Shown: piece after piece, positions 45,415 through 57,000 of the stretch | Layout: each line of letters starts with the position of its first letter | Position numbering within the stretch: the stretch's first letter is position 1 | Assembly: GCA_020723665.1 (NCBI GenBank) | Contig: DYIL01000002.1 | Span: 40,188 to 104,187, forward strand | Direction of reading: 5' to 3' | From: Methyloversatilis universalis | Lineage (GTDB): Bacteria > Pseudomonadota > Gammaproteobacteria > Methylococcales > Methylococcaceae | DNA: 64,000 bases | Made by a program: the position numbers and the translations under genes | The notes under the pieces: model-generated | The model's database searches: none | Seen by the model: the letters and a program-made list of their open reading frames with translations, nothing else | Told to the model about the DNA's origin: nothing

Positions 45415-46992
45415 ATGTCCAAACTTTGCACGGCCAATCGACCCGGGCGATCCGCGACAGGCGATCGCTCTTCGGGCACATCCTTGCGCAGCGCATTCAC
45501 GATCGCGCTCTCCGCCCTGATTTCCGCCTGTGCGGTCGGTCCTGACTATCAGCAACCGGACGCCGCGCCGGGCGCACAGTTCGCCCATACCGTCCTTCCC
45601 GAATTCAAACGGGACGGAATCGAGGTGGCCTGGTGGAAGCAATTCGACGATCCGGTGCTGTCGGAACTCATTGACCGAGCGGTGAGCAATAACCGGGATC
45701 TCAAGGCGGCCGAAGCGAATCTCCGAGTCGCGCGCGCACTCTACCTCGAAGCCGGGCTGGATCTGCTCCCCACGATTACCAGCCATGCCAATTACACGAC
45801 GCAAAAGCGAAGCTTCGACGCCATGAACCGCCGGACCTTTGCGCCGCGCGAGCTCGAGCTCTTCAACGTCGGCTTCGACGCCTTTTGGGAAGTGGATTTC
45901 TTCGGCCGGATACGGCGCAGCATCGAAGCGCGCGACGCTGAAGTCGAGGCCGCGGAGGCCGACCTGCGCGACCTGTTGGTCAGCGTCATTTCGGAGGTGG
46001 CGCGCAATTACTTCGAATTGCGGGGCTTGCAGAATCAACTGGACGTCGCCCAGAAAAACGCCGACAACCAGGCCGCTACCCTGGAATTGACCCAAGCCAG
46101 GCTGGAAGCCGGCCGCGGCACGGAACTGGATACCTCGCGCGCCAAAGCCCAACTCGACTCCACGCTGGCGACGATTCCGCCCATCCAAACCCGGATTCGG
46201 GAGAGCATCCATCGCCTCGGCGTGCTGATCGGTCAGCTTCCGGACAGCCTATCCAGCCAGCTGTCCGCGCCCGCGCCGATACCCAAGATTCCCGAAACGA
46301 TCCAGATCGGCTCGCCCCCCGATCTCCTGCGGCGCCGCCCGGATATCCGCGTTGCCGAGCGCAATCTGGCTGCGGCGACCGCCCGAATCGGTGTCGCCAC
46401 GGCAGATCTTTTCCCCAGGGTAACCTTCAACGGCACCATCGCCTTTGAGTCCCGCACGCTTGCCGGGCTCGGCGCCTCCGGTACCGAAGCTTTCTCGGCG
46501 GGACCACGAATCTCCTGGGCGTTTCTCGATCTCGGACGCGTCCGAGCCCGCATCAAGGCGGCGGACGCCAGCGCGGAAGCCAGGCTTGCAAATTATGAAC
46601 AAACCGTGCTGACGGCGCTTGAAGAAACCGAAAACGCACTGGTGAATTACAATCGAGAGCGCGCCCGCCGCGCATTATTGAGTTCGGCGGCAACTGCGAG
46701 CGAGCGCGCTCATCAGCTTGCACACCTTCGTTTTGAAGACGGTATCACGGATTTCCTCACCGTACTGGACGCCGAACGCCGCCTGCTCCTGGATCAGGAG
46801 CAATTGGCACAAAGCGAAACCGCCACGGCGACCGCTCTGATCGCCGTCTATAAGGCGCTGGGCGGCGGCTGGGAGGTTTTTGCACCGGACGAGAATGCCG
46901 TCGCGTCGATTCCGACGTCGACGCAACAGGCATCTTCTCTTGGCGTCGGTCGGACCGCAGTTCCGGACATGCCCGCACGAGCCACCAAATGA
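45415..46992 (+). CDS. Outer-membrane efflux factor lipoprotein (NodT/OprM family)
   Basis: 525 aa. Lipobox ALISAC followed by AVGPDYQQPD. Two OEP repeats. Confidence 0.9.
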   Translation: MSKLCTANRPGRSATGDRSSGTSLRSAFTIALSALISACAVGPDYQQPDAAPGAQFAHTVLPEFKRDGIEVAWWKQFDDPVLSELIDRAVSNNRDLKAAEANLRVARALYLEAGLDLLPTITSHANYTTQKRSFDAMNRRTFAPRELELFNVGFDAFWEVDFFGRIRRSIEARDAEVEAAEADLRDLLVSVISEVARNYFELRGLQNQLDVAQKNADNQAATLELTQARLEAGRGTELDTSRAKAQLDSTLATIPPIQTRIRESIHRLGVLIGQLPDSLSSQLSAPAPIPKIPETIQIGSPPDLLRRRPDIRVAERNLAAATARIGVATADLFPRVTFNGTIAFESRTLAGLGASGTEAFSAGPRISWAFLDLGRVRARIKAADASAEARLANYEQTVLTALEETENALVNYNRERARRALLSSAATASERAHQLAHLRFEDGITDFLTVLDAERRLLLDQEQLAQSETATATALIAVYKALGGGWEVFAPDENAVASIPTSTQQASSLGVGRTAVPDMPARATK

Positions 46993-47495
46993 AGGACGAA
47001 TTGCTTTACGAAGTCGACGAGGACGACCGGGTCGTCGGTCAGCGTACGCGCGCCGAAGTTCACAGGCTGGGATTGCGCCATCGGGCCGTGCACATCCTGG
47101 TGTTCAATCATCTCGACCAAATACTGCTGCAAAAACGTTCTAACACCAAGGACATCAATCCCGGACTTTGGGATACCTCCGCCGCCGGTCACGTCGACTG
47201 GGGCGAAAGCTACGACGAGTGCGCGTTGCGGGAGTTGGGGGAAGAACTCGGAATCGAGAGCCCTTCGCCTCTTCGATTCTTGTTCAAGCTGCCCGCATCA
47301 GTGCATACCGGATGGGAATTCGTCCAGGTTTATCGGGTCGTCCATTCCGGCACGCTGCGGCTCGACCCGAGAGAAATCGACGAGTGCCGGTGGTTCGACA
47401 CGAACGAACTGGACTCATGGGTCTACGATTCCGGAATCGGATTGACGCCGTCGTTCCGGCTGATCTGGCGAACCTATCGTAACCGCAGACCATAG
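46989..47495 (+). CDS. Nudix hydrolase
   Basis: 168 aa. Nudix box GHVDWGESYDECALRELGEELGI. ATGA overlap with the efflux OMF stop. Confidence 0.8.
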   Translation: MKDELLYEVDEDDRVVGQRTRAEVHRLGLRHRAVHILVFNHLDQILLQKRSNTKDINPGLWDTSAAGHVDWGESYDECALRELGEELGIESPSPLRFLFKLPASVHTGWEFVQVYRVVHSGTLRLDPREIDECRWFDTNELDSWVYDSGIGLTPSFRLIWRTYRNRRP

Positions 47496-47506
47496 GACAG
47501 CCGTTC

Positions 47507-48082
47507 TCAGGTCTGATCCAGCCAGGTTCGGAGCTTTACGAGCGCCAGTCTCGTCGAGTTGAAGGCTAACTCTTCGGGCGCGACATCGTAAGGGGACACC
47601 AGCCGAAAATCGGCCACGTCGTCCGCCGCCCGAAGGGTGTCGATCTGCAGCGCATCGCAAACAAAGAACAGGTCCGTGATTTTGTATAGCACACCGCCGT
47701 AAAGGTAATCATTCGGCGCACTGCTCAGATAGCGATAGTTGGTGGTTTCGATGTTCAATTCTTCTGCGATTTCCCGCCGCAGCGCGTCTTCCACGGTTTC
47801 GTCGAAATCGACGAATCCGCCGGGCAGGTCGAGTTTGCCTTTTGCCGGCTCCTTGGCGCGCACGCACAAAATGAGCTGATCTTGGTGGAATACGAACCCA
47901 CCCACCGCCGTGCACGTGTTGAAAAAAAACAAAAAGCCGCAGCGCCCGCATCTGATCGCGCGCTGCTCGTGAATGCTCAAATATTCGCCGCCGCAGCGGG
48001 GGCAGAAACGAAAGGCGTCGTACGGTCCGGGTCCCGGATCGAGGTCAACGAATGAAAAGTCTTCGGAATTTTGTGTTTTCAT
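47507..48082 (-). CDS. Nudix hydrolase with N-terminal zinc ribbon (NudC-like)
   Basis: 191 aa. CPRCGG...CGRCG ribbon. Nudix box PGGFVDFDETVEDALRREIAEELN. Confidence 0.8.
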   Translation of the reverse strand: MKTQNSEDFSFVDLDPGPGPYDAFRFCPRCGGEYLSIHEQRAIRCGRCGFLFFFNTCTAVGGFVFHQDQLILCVRAKEPAKGKLDLPGGFVDFDETVEDALRREIAEELNIETTNYRYLSSAPNDYLYGGVLYKITDLFFVCDALQIDTLRAADDVADFRLVSPYDVAPEELAFNSTRLALVKLRTWLDQT

Positions 48083-48142
48083 GGTTTCCTAAAAAGTGAA
48101 CGGGATCGCGCTTGCTTTTCTTTTTCCGCTACAGCGGAGTCG

Positions 48143-49291
48143 TTACCGAACAGGCACTAAACGAGCGATTTTGCCGTCATCGGTCGAAAAATAAAGAAAC
48201 CCTTCGGGTCCCTGCCTCACCTGGCGAAAGTTCACGTCGAGATCGTTCAGCAATTCTTCCTGCTTCACGATCTTATAGTCGGCGTCTATCACCAGTCGAC
48301 GAAGGTGCTGACCGCTCAAATTGGCCACGAACAGATTGCCCTTCCATCTTGGGAAGGCGTCACCGAAATAGAACCCGATTCCGGACGGGGAAATGGACGG
48401 TACGTAATACGCCACCGGCTGTTCCATACCGGGTTTTTCCGTACCCTCCCCTATTTTCGGCCCCCAATATTCGCGGCCATAGGTAATGACCGGCCAACCG
48501 TAGTTCGCTCCCGGGCGGATCAGGTTGATTTCGTCGCCGCCGCGGGGTCCGAATTCGCTCTCCCACAACTCGCCTGTCACCGGATGCCTGACCAATCCTT
48601 GCGGATTGCGGTGACCGTAGCTCCAAATTTCCGGCTTGGCGTCCGGGTTGTTCGCAAACGGATTGTCGACCGGCACGCTGCCGTCCTCGTTCAGGCGCAG
48701 AATTTTGCCGTTGTGGTAGCGCAGATCTTGCGCCTTATGACGCTCGTTGCGATCGCCAACCGAGATGAAGAGCTTGCCTGCACCGTCGAATTCGATCCGC
48801 GAGCCGAAGTGAATGTTATTTCCGTTCGGCTCCCAAGCGCTGAAAAGCTTCCGGTAATCTTTCAGCTCCGTTCCTTCCAGCCGACCGCGGCCGAGTGCCG
48901 TGGTCATTCCGGCATCCACCTTCTCAGAATAGGTCAGGTAAATCCACCCGTTCTTGTCGAAATCGGGATGAACCCTCACGTCAAGCAGTCCGCCTTGCCC
49001 GGCCTGAACCACGGCCGGCACGCCCTGAACGGTTTGCACCGATTGGGTACTCGGATCGAGAATACGCAACTGTCCGTCTCGTTCCGTGAATACGATCCGT
49101 CCGTCCGGGAGAAAATCGAATCCCCAGACCACGTCCTCCTGCTGAGCGATGACTTCAACCGAAAACGGTTGCCCTTCGGACTCATACGCGCCTCCGGAAG
49201 ACCGAAAAGCAACGATTCCCATGGCAATAATCGCCAAAAGGAATCCTGCGCGAATTCCAATAGTCCTCATCTTCCCGGCTTCAAGTTTCAC
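48143..49291 (-). CDS. PQQ-dependent soluble sugar (glucose/sorbosone) dehydrogenase family protein
   Basis: 382 aa with a signal/TM segment. Beta-propeller motifs (GQGGLLDV.VHPDF, HFGSRIEFD, SYGHRNPQG, EFGPRGGDEINLI..GANYGWP). Confidence 0.8.
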   Translation of the reverse strand: MKLEAGKMRTIGIRAGFLLAIIAMGIVAFRSSGGAYESEGQPFSVEVIAQQEDVVWGFDFLPDGRIVFTERDGQLRILDPSTQSVQTVQGVPAVVQAGQGGLLDVRVHPDFDKNGWIYLTYSEKVDAGMTTALGRGRLEGTELKDYRKLFSAWEPNGNNIHFGSRIEFDGAGKLFISVGDRNERHKAQDLRYHNGKILRLNEDGSVPVDNPFANNPDAKPEIWSYGHRNPQGLVRHPVTGELWESEFGPRGGDEINLIRPGANYGWPVITYGREYWGPKIGEGTEKPGMEQPVAYYVPSISPSGIGFYFGDAFPRWKGNLFVANLSGQHLRRLVIDADYKIVKQEELLNDLDVNFRQVRQGPEGFLYFSTDDGKIARLVPVR

Positions 49292-49423
49292 AACTCCTCC
49301 CTTGGAATTTCCGATCCAAAAAGCCTTTCCGTCTCTTTTAACGGATTATGCCTTTCCGCGATTTATATCCGGACTGACGCCCCATTCCTTCCCACATAGC
49401 CTCAGGCAGCCGGTCAGCTAAAG

Positions 49424-50863
49424 TCAAATTCGTCGCCAGGTGGTGCCGCCGGCCGTATCCTCCAATACGATGCCCTGCTCTTTGAGCTCATTCCGAATGC
49501 GGTCGGCGGTGGCCCAGTCTTTGTTCTTGCGTGCTTCTAGGCGCTCCTGAATTTTTTGCTCGATGCGTTCGTCATTCCAAATAATCCCGGCATCGAACTC
49601 GGCACCCGCTTTTGTTTCAAGCCTTAGTGATCCGGCTCCAGACTTCAGAAATTCTTCCGGGTCTGCCTGTAACAGGCCGAGTATTCCACCGAGCCGCTTG
49701 AGCGTAGCGGCTAAGTTTTCCGCTTCCTCCCGGCTTGCATTCCGCGCCCGATTGACATCCCTCGCCAGCTCGAACAACACGGCGATCGCTTCGGGCGTAT
49801 TGAAATCGTCGTTCATCGCTTCTTCGAAACGGGCGACGAACGCTTTACCTCGATCGCCTTCCGAAAGCGGTAAATCGCTGCGGATTCCGCGCAGAGCAGT
49901 ATAAAGCCGGGTCAGCGCGGCATTCGCTTCGTCGAGATTTTCGTCCGAGTAGTTGAGCGGGCTGCGGTAATGGCTGTTGAGAATGAAAAACCGCACCACT
50001 TCCGGGCGATAACGGGCCAGAACCTCACGGACCGTAAAGAAATTGCCCAGGGATTTGGACATCTTCTCCTCGTTCACCCGCACGAACCCGTTGTGCATCC
50101 AAACGTTGACGAACTTTTCGCCGGTAGCCCCTTCCGATTGCGCGATCTCGTTTTCGTGGTGAGGGAATTGCAAATCCATGCCGCCGCCGTGGATGTCGAA
50201 GTGATGTCCGAGGCAACGCGTGGACATGGCCGAACATTCGATGTGCCAACCGGGACGTCCCTTGCCCCACGGCGAATCCCAAGCCGGCTCTCCCGGCTTC
50301 GCCATCTTCCACAGCACGAAATCCAGGGGGTCGCGCTTGGCCTCCTCGACTTCCACCCGTTCGCCCGCCCGGAGATCTTCGATGTTCTTGCCGGATAAAC
50401 GGCCGTAACCTTCGAATTTCGACACCGCGTAGAAAACGTCGCCGTTGTCGCCGATATAGGCATAGCCGCGGTCGATCAAAGCCTGAATCATGGCCAGCAT
50501 ATCGTCGACGGATTGTGTTGCGCGCGGTTCGACATCGGGAGGCAGTACGCCCAACGCCCGCTCGTCCTCGTGCATCGCATCGATGAACCTAGCAGTCAAC
50601 GCTGCGATGGATTCTCGATTCTCGTTGGCGCGCTTGATGATCTTGTCGTCGATGTCGGTGATATTCCGAACGTACGTGACCTTAAATCCAAGATGGCGCA
50701 AATAGCGCACGACCATATCGAATACCACCATGACGCGGGCATGTCCCAAATGGCAGTAGTCGTACACGGTCATCCCGCACACATAGAGCCGGACCTTGCC
50801 CGGTTCGATGGGGGTAAAGACTTCCTTGCGGCCGGTCAGGCTGTTGTAGATCTTCAGCATCAT
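49424..50863 (-). CDS. cysS: Cysteine--tRNA ligase
   Basis: Start at M(M)[31 protein letters not shown] (HIGH) ... KMSKSLGN (KMSKS). ATGA overlap with the gltX stop. The 110-codon upstream extension in the ORF track was rejected. Confidence 0.95.
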   Translation of the reverse strand: MMLKIYNSLTGRKEVFTPIEPGKVRLYVCGMTVYDYCHLGHARVMVVFDMVVRYLRHLGFKVTYVRNITDIDDKIIKRANENRESIAALTARFIDAMHEDERALGVLPPDVEPRATQSVDDMLAMIQALIDRGYAYIGDNGDVFYAVSKFEGYGRLSGKNIEDLRAGERVEVEEAKRDPLDFVLWKMAKPGEPAWDSPWGKGRPGWHIECSAMSTRCLGHHFDIHGGGMDLQFPHHENEIAQSEGATGEKFVNVWMHNGFVRVNEEKMSKSLGNFFTVREVLARYRPEVVRFFILNSHYRSPLNYSDENLDEANAALTRLYTALRGIRSDLPLSEGDRGKAFVARFEEAMNDDFNTPEAIAVLFELARDVNRARNASREEAENLAATLKRLGGILGLLQADPEEFLKSGAGSLRLETKAGAEFDAGIIWNDERIEQKIQERLEARKNKDWATADRIRNELKEQGIVLEDTAGGTTWRRI

Positions 50864-52260
50864 TCGGACTCGTAGGTGAATTCGGCCAACCGGCGGTGCA
50901 GCCGGTGCGGGTCCAGCAATCGGTAAATCGCCCCGAGTTCCGGTCCGTCCAGACGCCCGGTTAAGCCGGCGCGGAGCGGCATGAACAGCGCCTTGCCCTT
51001 CACTCCCGTCCGAGCTTTCAGCTCGCGCAGAAATATGTCGAAATCGGCCGGAGCCGCGTTGGCCGCGTCGATGGCGGAAAGATAATAAGATTCTCCTGCT
51101 TGTGCGGCAGCTTCGGCGGCATCCGGATCGAACTGCAGCTCGTCCGTGAACAGGATGCGCGCCCAGCGGTCGGCCTGGTCCGGGAAAACGCAATTGCTAC
51201 GCACGATCTCGATGAACGCCGGAAGATGCTCGTCCGGAATGATGGCGGCGGTCTCCTTGCGCAGCCAGCCCCTGAGCGTCTCGTCGTCGGCCGATCGGAC
51301 CACCAGTTGCTGCCAGTGATCCAGGTGGGCGACGTCGAACCGTGCCGGCGATTTGCCCAGGCGGGACAGATCGAAGTTCGCCTTGAGCGCTTTGAAATCC
51401 ATGAGTTCGTCACTGTCATAGTGATGGCCCAGCCGGGCCAGCATGTTCAACAGAGCGCTCGGAAAATAGCCTTCCTCGCGCAACTGTTTCAGGCTACGGC
51501 TGCCGTTGCGCTTGGACAGGGGCGCTCCGTCATTGCCCAGAATCAGCGAAATATGGGCATACTGCGGTATTGGCAAGCCGAGCGCCGCAAGAACCAGCAT
51601 CTGCCGGGGCGTATTGGCGAGATGGTCTTCTCCCCGCAGCACGTGCGTCACCCCCATCAGTGCATCGTCGATGGCGTTGCAGAAGAAAAATGCCGCGCTT
51701 CCGTCGGCCCGGCGGATGATGAAGTCGCCGATGTCGTCGGTAGCGAATTTCTGCGGTCCGCGCACGAGATCTTCGAACTCCACCGTTTCGTTCTTCGGCA
51801 CTCGAAAGCGCAAGGTCGGTCGAAGTCCTTCCTCAAACTTGCGGCTCACCTCGTCCGCGGTGAGGTGCGAGCACTTGCCCGTGTAACGCGGCGGCTGGCC
51901 GGAACTCAACTGAATCTTGCGCGAAATCTCCAGCTCCCGCGGCGAACAGAAACAGAAATAAGCGCGCCCCTGCTGCTCGAGTTCCTCATAATAACGCTGA
52001 TAAATCGCGCCGCGGCACGATTGGAAGTATCGTTCATCCGGCTCGGCATTTTCGGGACCTTCGTCCCAATTCAAGCCCATCCAGCGCAGATCGGCGATCA
52101 GTTCATCGACGAATTCGCTGCGGCTCCGCTCGCTATCGGTATCCTCGATGCGAAGCAGGAAACGGTCCCCGAATAACGCACTGAATAATGCCGTGCGGGC
52201 GTTGCCGAGGTGCATGAGACCGGTCGGACTGGGAGCGAAGCGCGTCTTGGTTGATTTCAT
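50860..52260 (-). CDS. gltX: Glutamate--tRNA ligase
   Basis: Start at [26 protein letters not shown] (HIGH-type) ... LSKRNGS (KMSKS-type). Confidence 0.93.
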   Translation of the reverse strand: MKSTKTRFAPSPTGLMHLGNARTALFSALFGDRFLLRIEDTDSERSRSEFVDELIADLRWMGLNWDEGPENAEPDERYFQSCRGAIYQRYYEELEQQGRAYFCFCSPRELEISRKIQLSSGQPPRYTGKCSHLTADEVSRKFEEGLRPTLRFRVPKNETVEFEDLVRGPQKFATDDIGDFIIRRADGSAAFFFCNAIDDALMGVTHVLRGEDHLANTPRQMLVLAALGLPIPQYAHISLILGNDGAPLSKRNGSRSLKQLREEGYFPSALLNMLARLGHHYDSDELMDFKALKANFDLSRLGKSPARFDVAHLDHWQQLVVRSADDETLRGWLRKETAAIIPDEHLPAFIEIVRSNCVFPDQADRWARILFTDELQFDPDAAEAAAQAGESYYLSAIDAANAAPADFDIFLRELKARTGVKGKALFMPLRAGLTGRLDGPELGAIYRLLDPHRLHRRLAEFTYESE

Positions 52261-52426
52261 ATCTGAGAAGGAATGGGGGATTATATTCGGCAAGCTTCTT
52301 GCGAATAGGACAATTTAGAGCAAGGCGTAACCTGCCGCAACCCTATAAACGGTAAGCCGTCGAGAGCGTTGCTTTCGGTTGACACAGGTGTCTTTTCTCG
52401 TGAACGCCCGTTTGCACGAATATCGC

Positions 52427-52464
52427 ATGGTAAGCTTACCATCGCAGAAATTTTGATTTATAGT
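52427..52464 (+). promoter_or_regulatory. Perfect 16-bp palindrome overlapping a candidate sigma70 promoter upstream of the DAB-like operon
   Basis: ATGGTAAGCTTACCAT (52427-52442). TTACCA (52436-41), 17-nt spacer, TATAGT (52459-64). About 90 nt upstream of the first ATG (52554). Confidence 0.45.
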
Positions 52465-52553
52465 ATCGACTCAAAACATCTAGGACATTTCCGGCACTCG
52501 GCTAATCGAGCCTCAAGATTCGCGGCCGTGCCGGGCGAAATGAGCATCTGATC

Positions 52554-54023
52554 ATGTATATCCTCAGTCTGATTCTTTGGACACCCATTGTCGGTGCGTT
52601 GGTCATTTTGGCTTTACCGGCGCAGCAAATCCGCTCGATTCGAGCGGTCGCCTTGGGCTCATCGGGCGTCGTTCTGATGTTGACCGTTTGGCTTTTGTTT
52701 CAGTTCGACACATCCTCCTCGGCGATCCAATTCCCCGAGAGCCAGCTCTGGAACGCGGAACTCGGAAGTTATTACGCCCTCGGGGTCGACGGCTTTTCCC
52801 TGCCCATGGTCGTGTTGTCGGCCCTCCTTTGTCTAGTGGCGATGCTGGCCTCGGAGAGCGTGAGCACGCGGGTCAAGGGATACCATTTCTGGCTGCTCGC
52901 CCTCGAGTTCGGCATGATCGGCGTCTTTCTCGCCCAGGATTGGGCTTTGTTCTACGTGTTTTGGGAGTTGACGCTGATCCCGCTCTTTTTCCTTATCGAC
53001 CAGTGGGGCGGCAAGCGCAAACATACGGCTAGCCTCAATTTCGTTCTGTACACCATGGGTGGATCGGTGTTCATGCTGGTGAGCCTGTTGATGATTTTCA
53101 CCGCGTCCTCCGAACACTCCACGACGATGGGGTCTATGCTGGCCACTGCACGGAGCCTGCCCAAGGATCAACAAATCTGGATTTTCCTGGGCTTCCTGAT
53201 CGGATTCGGCGTAAAAATGCCGGTATTTCCCATCCACGGCTGGCTGCCGCTCGCACACGTGGAAGCGCCAAGTCCTGTGAGTATTCTGCTGTCCGGCGCG
53301 CTTCTCAAAATGGGCGCCTATGGCCTGCTCAAAGCAACCGGCATGTTGCCCGAAGCCGCTCTGGCGCTTCAGCCCCTGCTCGCCGGCCTAGCCCTGGTCA
53401 GCCTCGTGTACGGAGCGTTGCTGGCCTGGCGGCAGACCGATCTCAAGGCCATGATCGCCTATTCCTCCATTAGTCACATGGGCGTCGTGCTGATCGGCAT
53501 TGCGGCACTCAATCAAGCCGGATTGCTGGGTGCCGTGTTGCAGATGACCGCCCACGGTCTGATTGCCGGCGCGCTGTTCCTATTGATCGGTCTTCTCTAC
53601 GAACGCACCCACACCCGGGAAATCTCGGACTACAGTTCCCTGGTGCAAGTGACTCCGCGCTTCGCCTTCTTTACGACCCTGGCCCTGCTCGCGTCTATGG
53701 GATTGCCGGGCTCGGCGGGTTTCGTGGCGGAACTTCATGCCATCATCGGCGGCTTTCAGAGTTTCGGATGGATCATGCTCTTTGCGAGTCTCGGCGTGCT
53801 CATAGGCGCCTCCTACGCCATCCGGACCGCCGCCAGGCTGTTTACGGGTCCGATGCGGCCGGAAATGCAAAATGTCCACGATCTGCGCAGCCACGAGCTT
53901 GTTGCCGCCGGAGTTTTGGCGGCAGGCATCATGGCACTAGGCCTCATGCCGGGTCCGATGGTGTCGTTGACGGACGCCTCCGTCAATCAACTCAGTATGG
54001 TTTTCAATGAAAAGAATTTCTGA
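52554..54023 (+). CDS. NuoM/NdhD-like proton-antiporter subunit (PF00361-type), first gene of the DAB-like operon
   Basis: 489 aa, about 14 TM segments. Carries FYVFWELTLIPLFFLI and HGWLPLAHVEAPSPVSILLSGALLKMGAYG (NuoM signature). Confidence 0.85.
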   Translation: MYILSLILWTPIVGALVILALPAQQIRSIRAVALGSSGVVLMLTVWLLFQFDTSSSAIQFPESQLWNAELGSYYALGVDGFSLPMVVLSALLCLVAMLASESVSTRVKGYHFWLLALEFGMIGVFLAQDWALFYVFWELTLIPLFFLIDQWGGKRKHTASLNFVLYTMGGSVFMLVSLLMIFTASSEHSTTMGSMLATARSLPKDQQIWIFLGFLIGFGVKMPVFPIHGWLPLAHVEAPSPVSILLSGALLKMGAYGLLKATGMLPEAALALQPLLAGLALVSLVYGALLAWRQTDLKAMIAYSSISHMGVVLIGIAALNQAGLLGAVLQMTAHGLIAGALFLLIGLLYERTHTREISDYSSLVQVTPRFAFFTTLALLASMGLPGSAGFVAELHAIIGGFQSFGWIMLFASLGVLIGASYAIRTAARLFTGPMRPEMQNVHDLRSHELVAAGVLAAGIMALGLMPGPMVSLTDASVNQLSMVFNEKNF

Positions 54024-57000
54024 GGAGCCTAGCGTGCTATCGCCCAAATCGAAAGCTTCGAAGCCCGACGTCCGCCGGCGGTTGCAGGAGGCGGTCGATC
54101 ACCTCGATCATGTCTTGCCGGGACAGGCGCCGATCCTGAACTTCGTGCATCACAATACGCTGCACGGTTTTCAGCACCTGCCGTTCCGAGAGGCTCTGGA
54201 AGCCGTCGAGCAACTGACCGGCATCAGGGGCTATCTGCCCGATGAAGAATTCCGGAAGTTCTACGCCCAAGGCCGCATTCTCGATGAGGATCTGGCCGCC
54301 GCCTTCGCCGAGGCACCGCAACTCAAGGGCGACGAAGCACTGCTTCGAATCGGCGATCGAACGATCCTTAGGAGGGATGTCCATCGCATCGCCATGGTCT
54401 ACGGCGTGGATGCCGTGACGCCGAGCCAGTTGAACTGGCTAATCGAGGAAATGGGGGTGCTCGACCGGTTTCAAAGCGATGTCCCGCCCGATGCACGTCG
54501 CCGCCTCATGGACTCGGTCAAACGGGTGGCGGGAAGCGCGGAGGCTCTACAGGAAAGCGCTCTAATCCGCGACTTGTGGAATGCCACCTTACGAGTTCTC
54601 GGATTGGACCAGACCGCACCACACCCCGAAGACCTGACCGATCTCACGGTCCGTCAAGCCGAAAGCATGTTGAACGAGTCCGGACTATTGTCCGCGGGCG
54701 CTAAGTCAAGTACCACTTTCGCGCGGCAAAAAATGAAAGCGGAGGCCCGTGCGCTCTCCGAGAGACTCTTCGCCGACGTCGGCCACGGCATTTCGTTGCG
54801 CGGTCTGCTCCTTGCGTTGACCGGGCGGGATGTGCTCGACATGGTCCGACCGATACTGATCCGCTTTTGTGCCTCCCATTTGGACGAGGGGCTGGCGGCC
54901 TGGCATGCAGCCGACCGACGGGAAGGACTGTATTCAGCATGGCGTCGCTCGGCGCCTTACGATTTCTCGCTCGGTCTCAGCGATTTTCCGGATTGGCAGG
55001 AAGTCGTGTCGGCTTTGCCGGAACAGGCCGTCGATGCGGTTCATACGGAACTGATCCGGATGGGACTTCCGGAAGACCGCTGGGAAACGTATTTGGAGCG
55101 GATTGCTCTGGAACTCCCCGGCTGGTCGGGCATCATCAACTGGCGGCAGCATCATCCCGATTACGAGGCCAATCGGGAAGCGCCTGCCTCTCTCATGGAT
55201 TATCTCGCCGTTCGATTGGTCCTGGACCGGATCGTGATCGAAGGACTTTGCCGAGAAATCTGGGACATCTCCGGTACTTGGCCGTCACTGCGCGCCTATT
55301 TCGAACGGAACCCGTCCGAATTCCTCGTGCGCCACGCACTGTTCGAGGGCGGTCTGCCCGAGTACCTGGCGGATGCCGCGCAGCAGCTGATCGCTGAGTC
55401 ACGCCCCGGAAGCTTCGATCGCGACCGTTGGTGGTCTGTAGCAGACATGATCTCGACGTGGAAGCACAGTTCACTGGCGGAAAAACCCCAACGGCTGACC
55501 ATTTACAACAGCGGGTGGCGCTTGTTCCGTTTGGCTCAGCACTTGGGCCTTTCGAGTCATGACATTGCTTCGCTTTCTTTACAGTCCTGCGAAGCCCTCG
55601 TCGCCGCGCTGAGCGAATTGTCCTCATCCGATCGGGGCCATCTCTGGCTCACCGCCTATGAGCGCCGCTATCGAGAAGAACTGTTCAACGCCCTCGCCAA
55701 CAACCGAGGCCGTGGTCGCTGGGCTAAGCGGGACGACCGCCCGCAAGCGCAAGTCATCTTCTGCATCGACGACCGCGAGGAAGGCATTCGACGCCATCTC
55801 GAGGAATTGAACCCGCAGATCGAAACTTTGGGCGCCGCCGGCTTCTTCGGTGTACCGATCAACTGGCGAGCTCTCGACGACGAAAAGGCCACTCCCCTGT
55901 GTCCTGTCGTGGTCACGCCCGTCAACGAGGTGCGCGAAGTCGCACGCCCCGGCCAGGACGATCGCCTTGCCGAACATGATCGGCGCTTGAGCCTTCGTCA
56001 GCGGATCGGAGCGCTGTTCAACCAGGGGATTCGGCGCAATCTGGTTTCTTCTCAGATCTTGATCGATCTGCTGGCACCGGGCGTATTGCTCCCGCTGATC
56101 GGTAAAGTGTTTTTCCCGGCCCGGCAAACCGCTCTCGTTCAACGCGTAGATGCTCTCTTCGTTCCCGAGGTGCCCACCGAACTGGTCATTACGGCGCCAA
56201 ACGATAGCGCTCCTGCGAGCGTGGAACATCCGCGCCTCGGCTTTACCACCTCGGAACAGGCTGACCGAGTCGCGGCATTCTTGCGCGCCACCGGCTTGAC
56301 CTATGGCTTTGCGCCGTTGGTGGTTCTCATGGGACACGGATCGATCAGCCAGAACAACCCGCATCTCGCCGCCTACGACTGCGGCGCGTGCAGCGGCCGT
56401 CACGGAGGACCCAACGCGCGGGCTTTCGCCGCCATGGCCAACCGTCCCGAAGTCCGCCGTTTGCTCGCTGAAAAAGGCATCAACGTCCCGGACGATACCT
56501 GGTTCATCGGCGCGGAACACAATACCTGCAACGAGGACATTCTTTGGTTCGACCTGACGGATCTCCCGCCGGCTGCGCGCCCTGCGTTCGGCAAGCTCAA
56601 CAGCGATCTCGATGCCGCACGACGCCTTTCGGCCCACGAGCGTTGCCGGCGGCTCGCCTCCGCCCCGCGCAATCCGACGCCTGACACGGCGCTCGCTCAT
56701 ATTGCCGAGCGTGCCACCGATTTCAGCCAAGCTCGTCCCGAACTCGGACACGCCACCAATGCTGCCGCATTCGTCGGACGGCGGTCCTTCAGTCAAGGTG
56801 TGTTCTTCGACCGCCGGGTGTTTTTGATTTCCTACGATCCGACGCAGGATCCTTTCGGCAACGTACTTGAAAACGTTTTGCTGGCCGTGGGTCCCGTCGG
56901 GGCCGGTATCAATCTCGAGTATTACTTCTCCACCGTGAACAACGAGCGTTTCGGCTGTGGCACCAAGGTTCCCCATAACGTGACCGGACTTTTCGGCGTC

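Noticed and set aside
50864-51193. 110-codon N-terminal extension of the cysS ORF in the track.
   Set aside because: It overlaps the gltX coding region and is Arg/Gly-rich. The canonical CysS N-terminus [10 protein letters not shown] starts at 50863/50860 with an ATGA junction to gltX.
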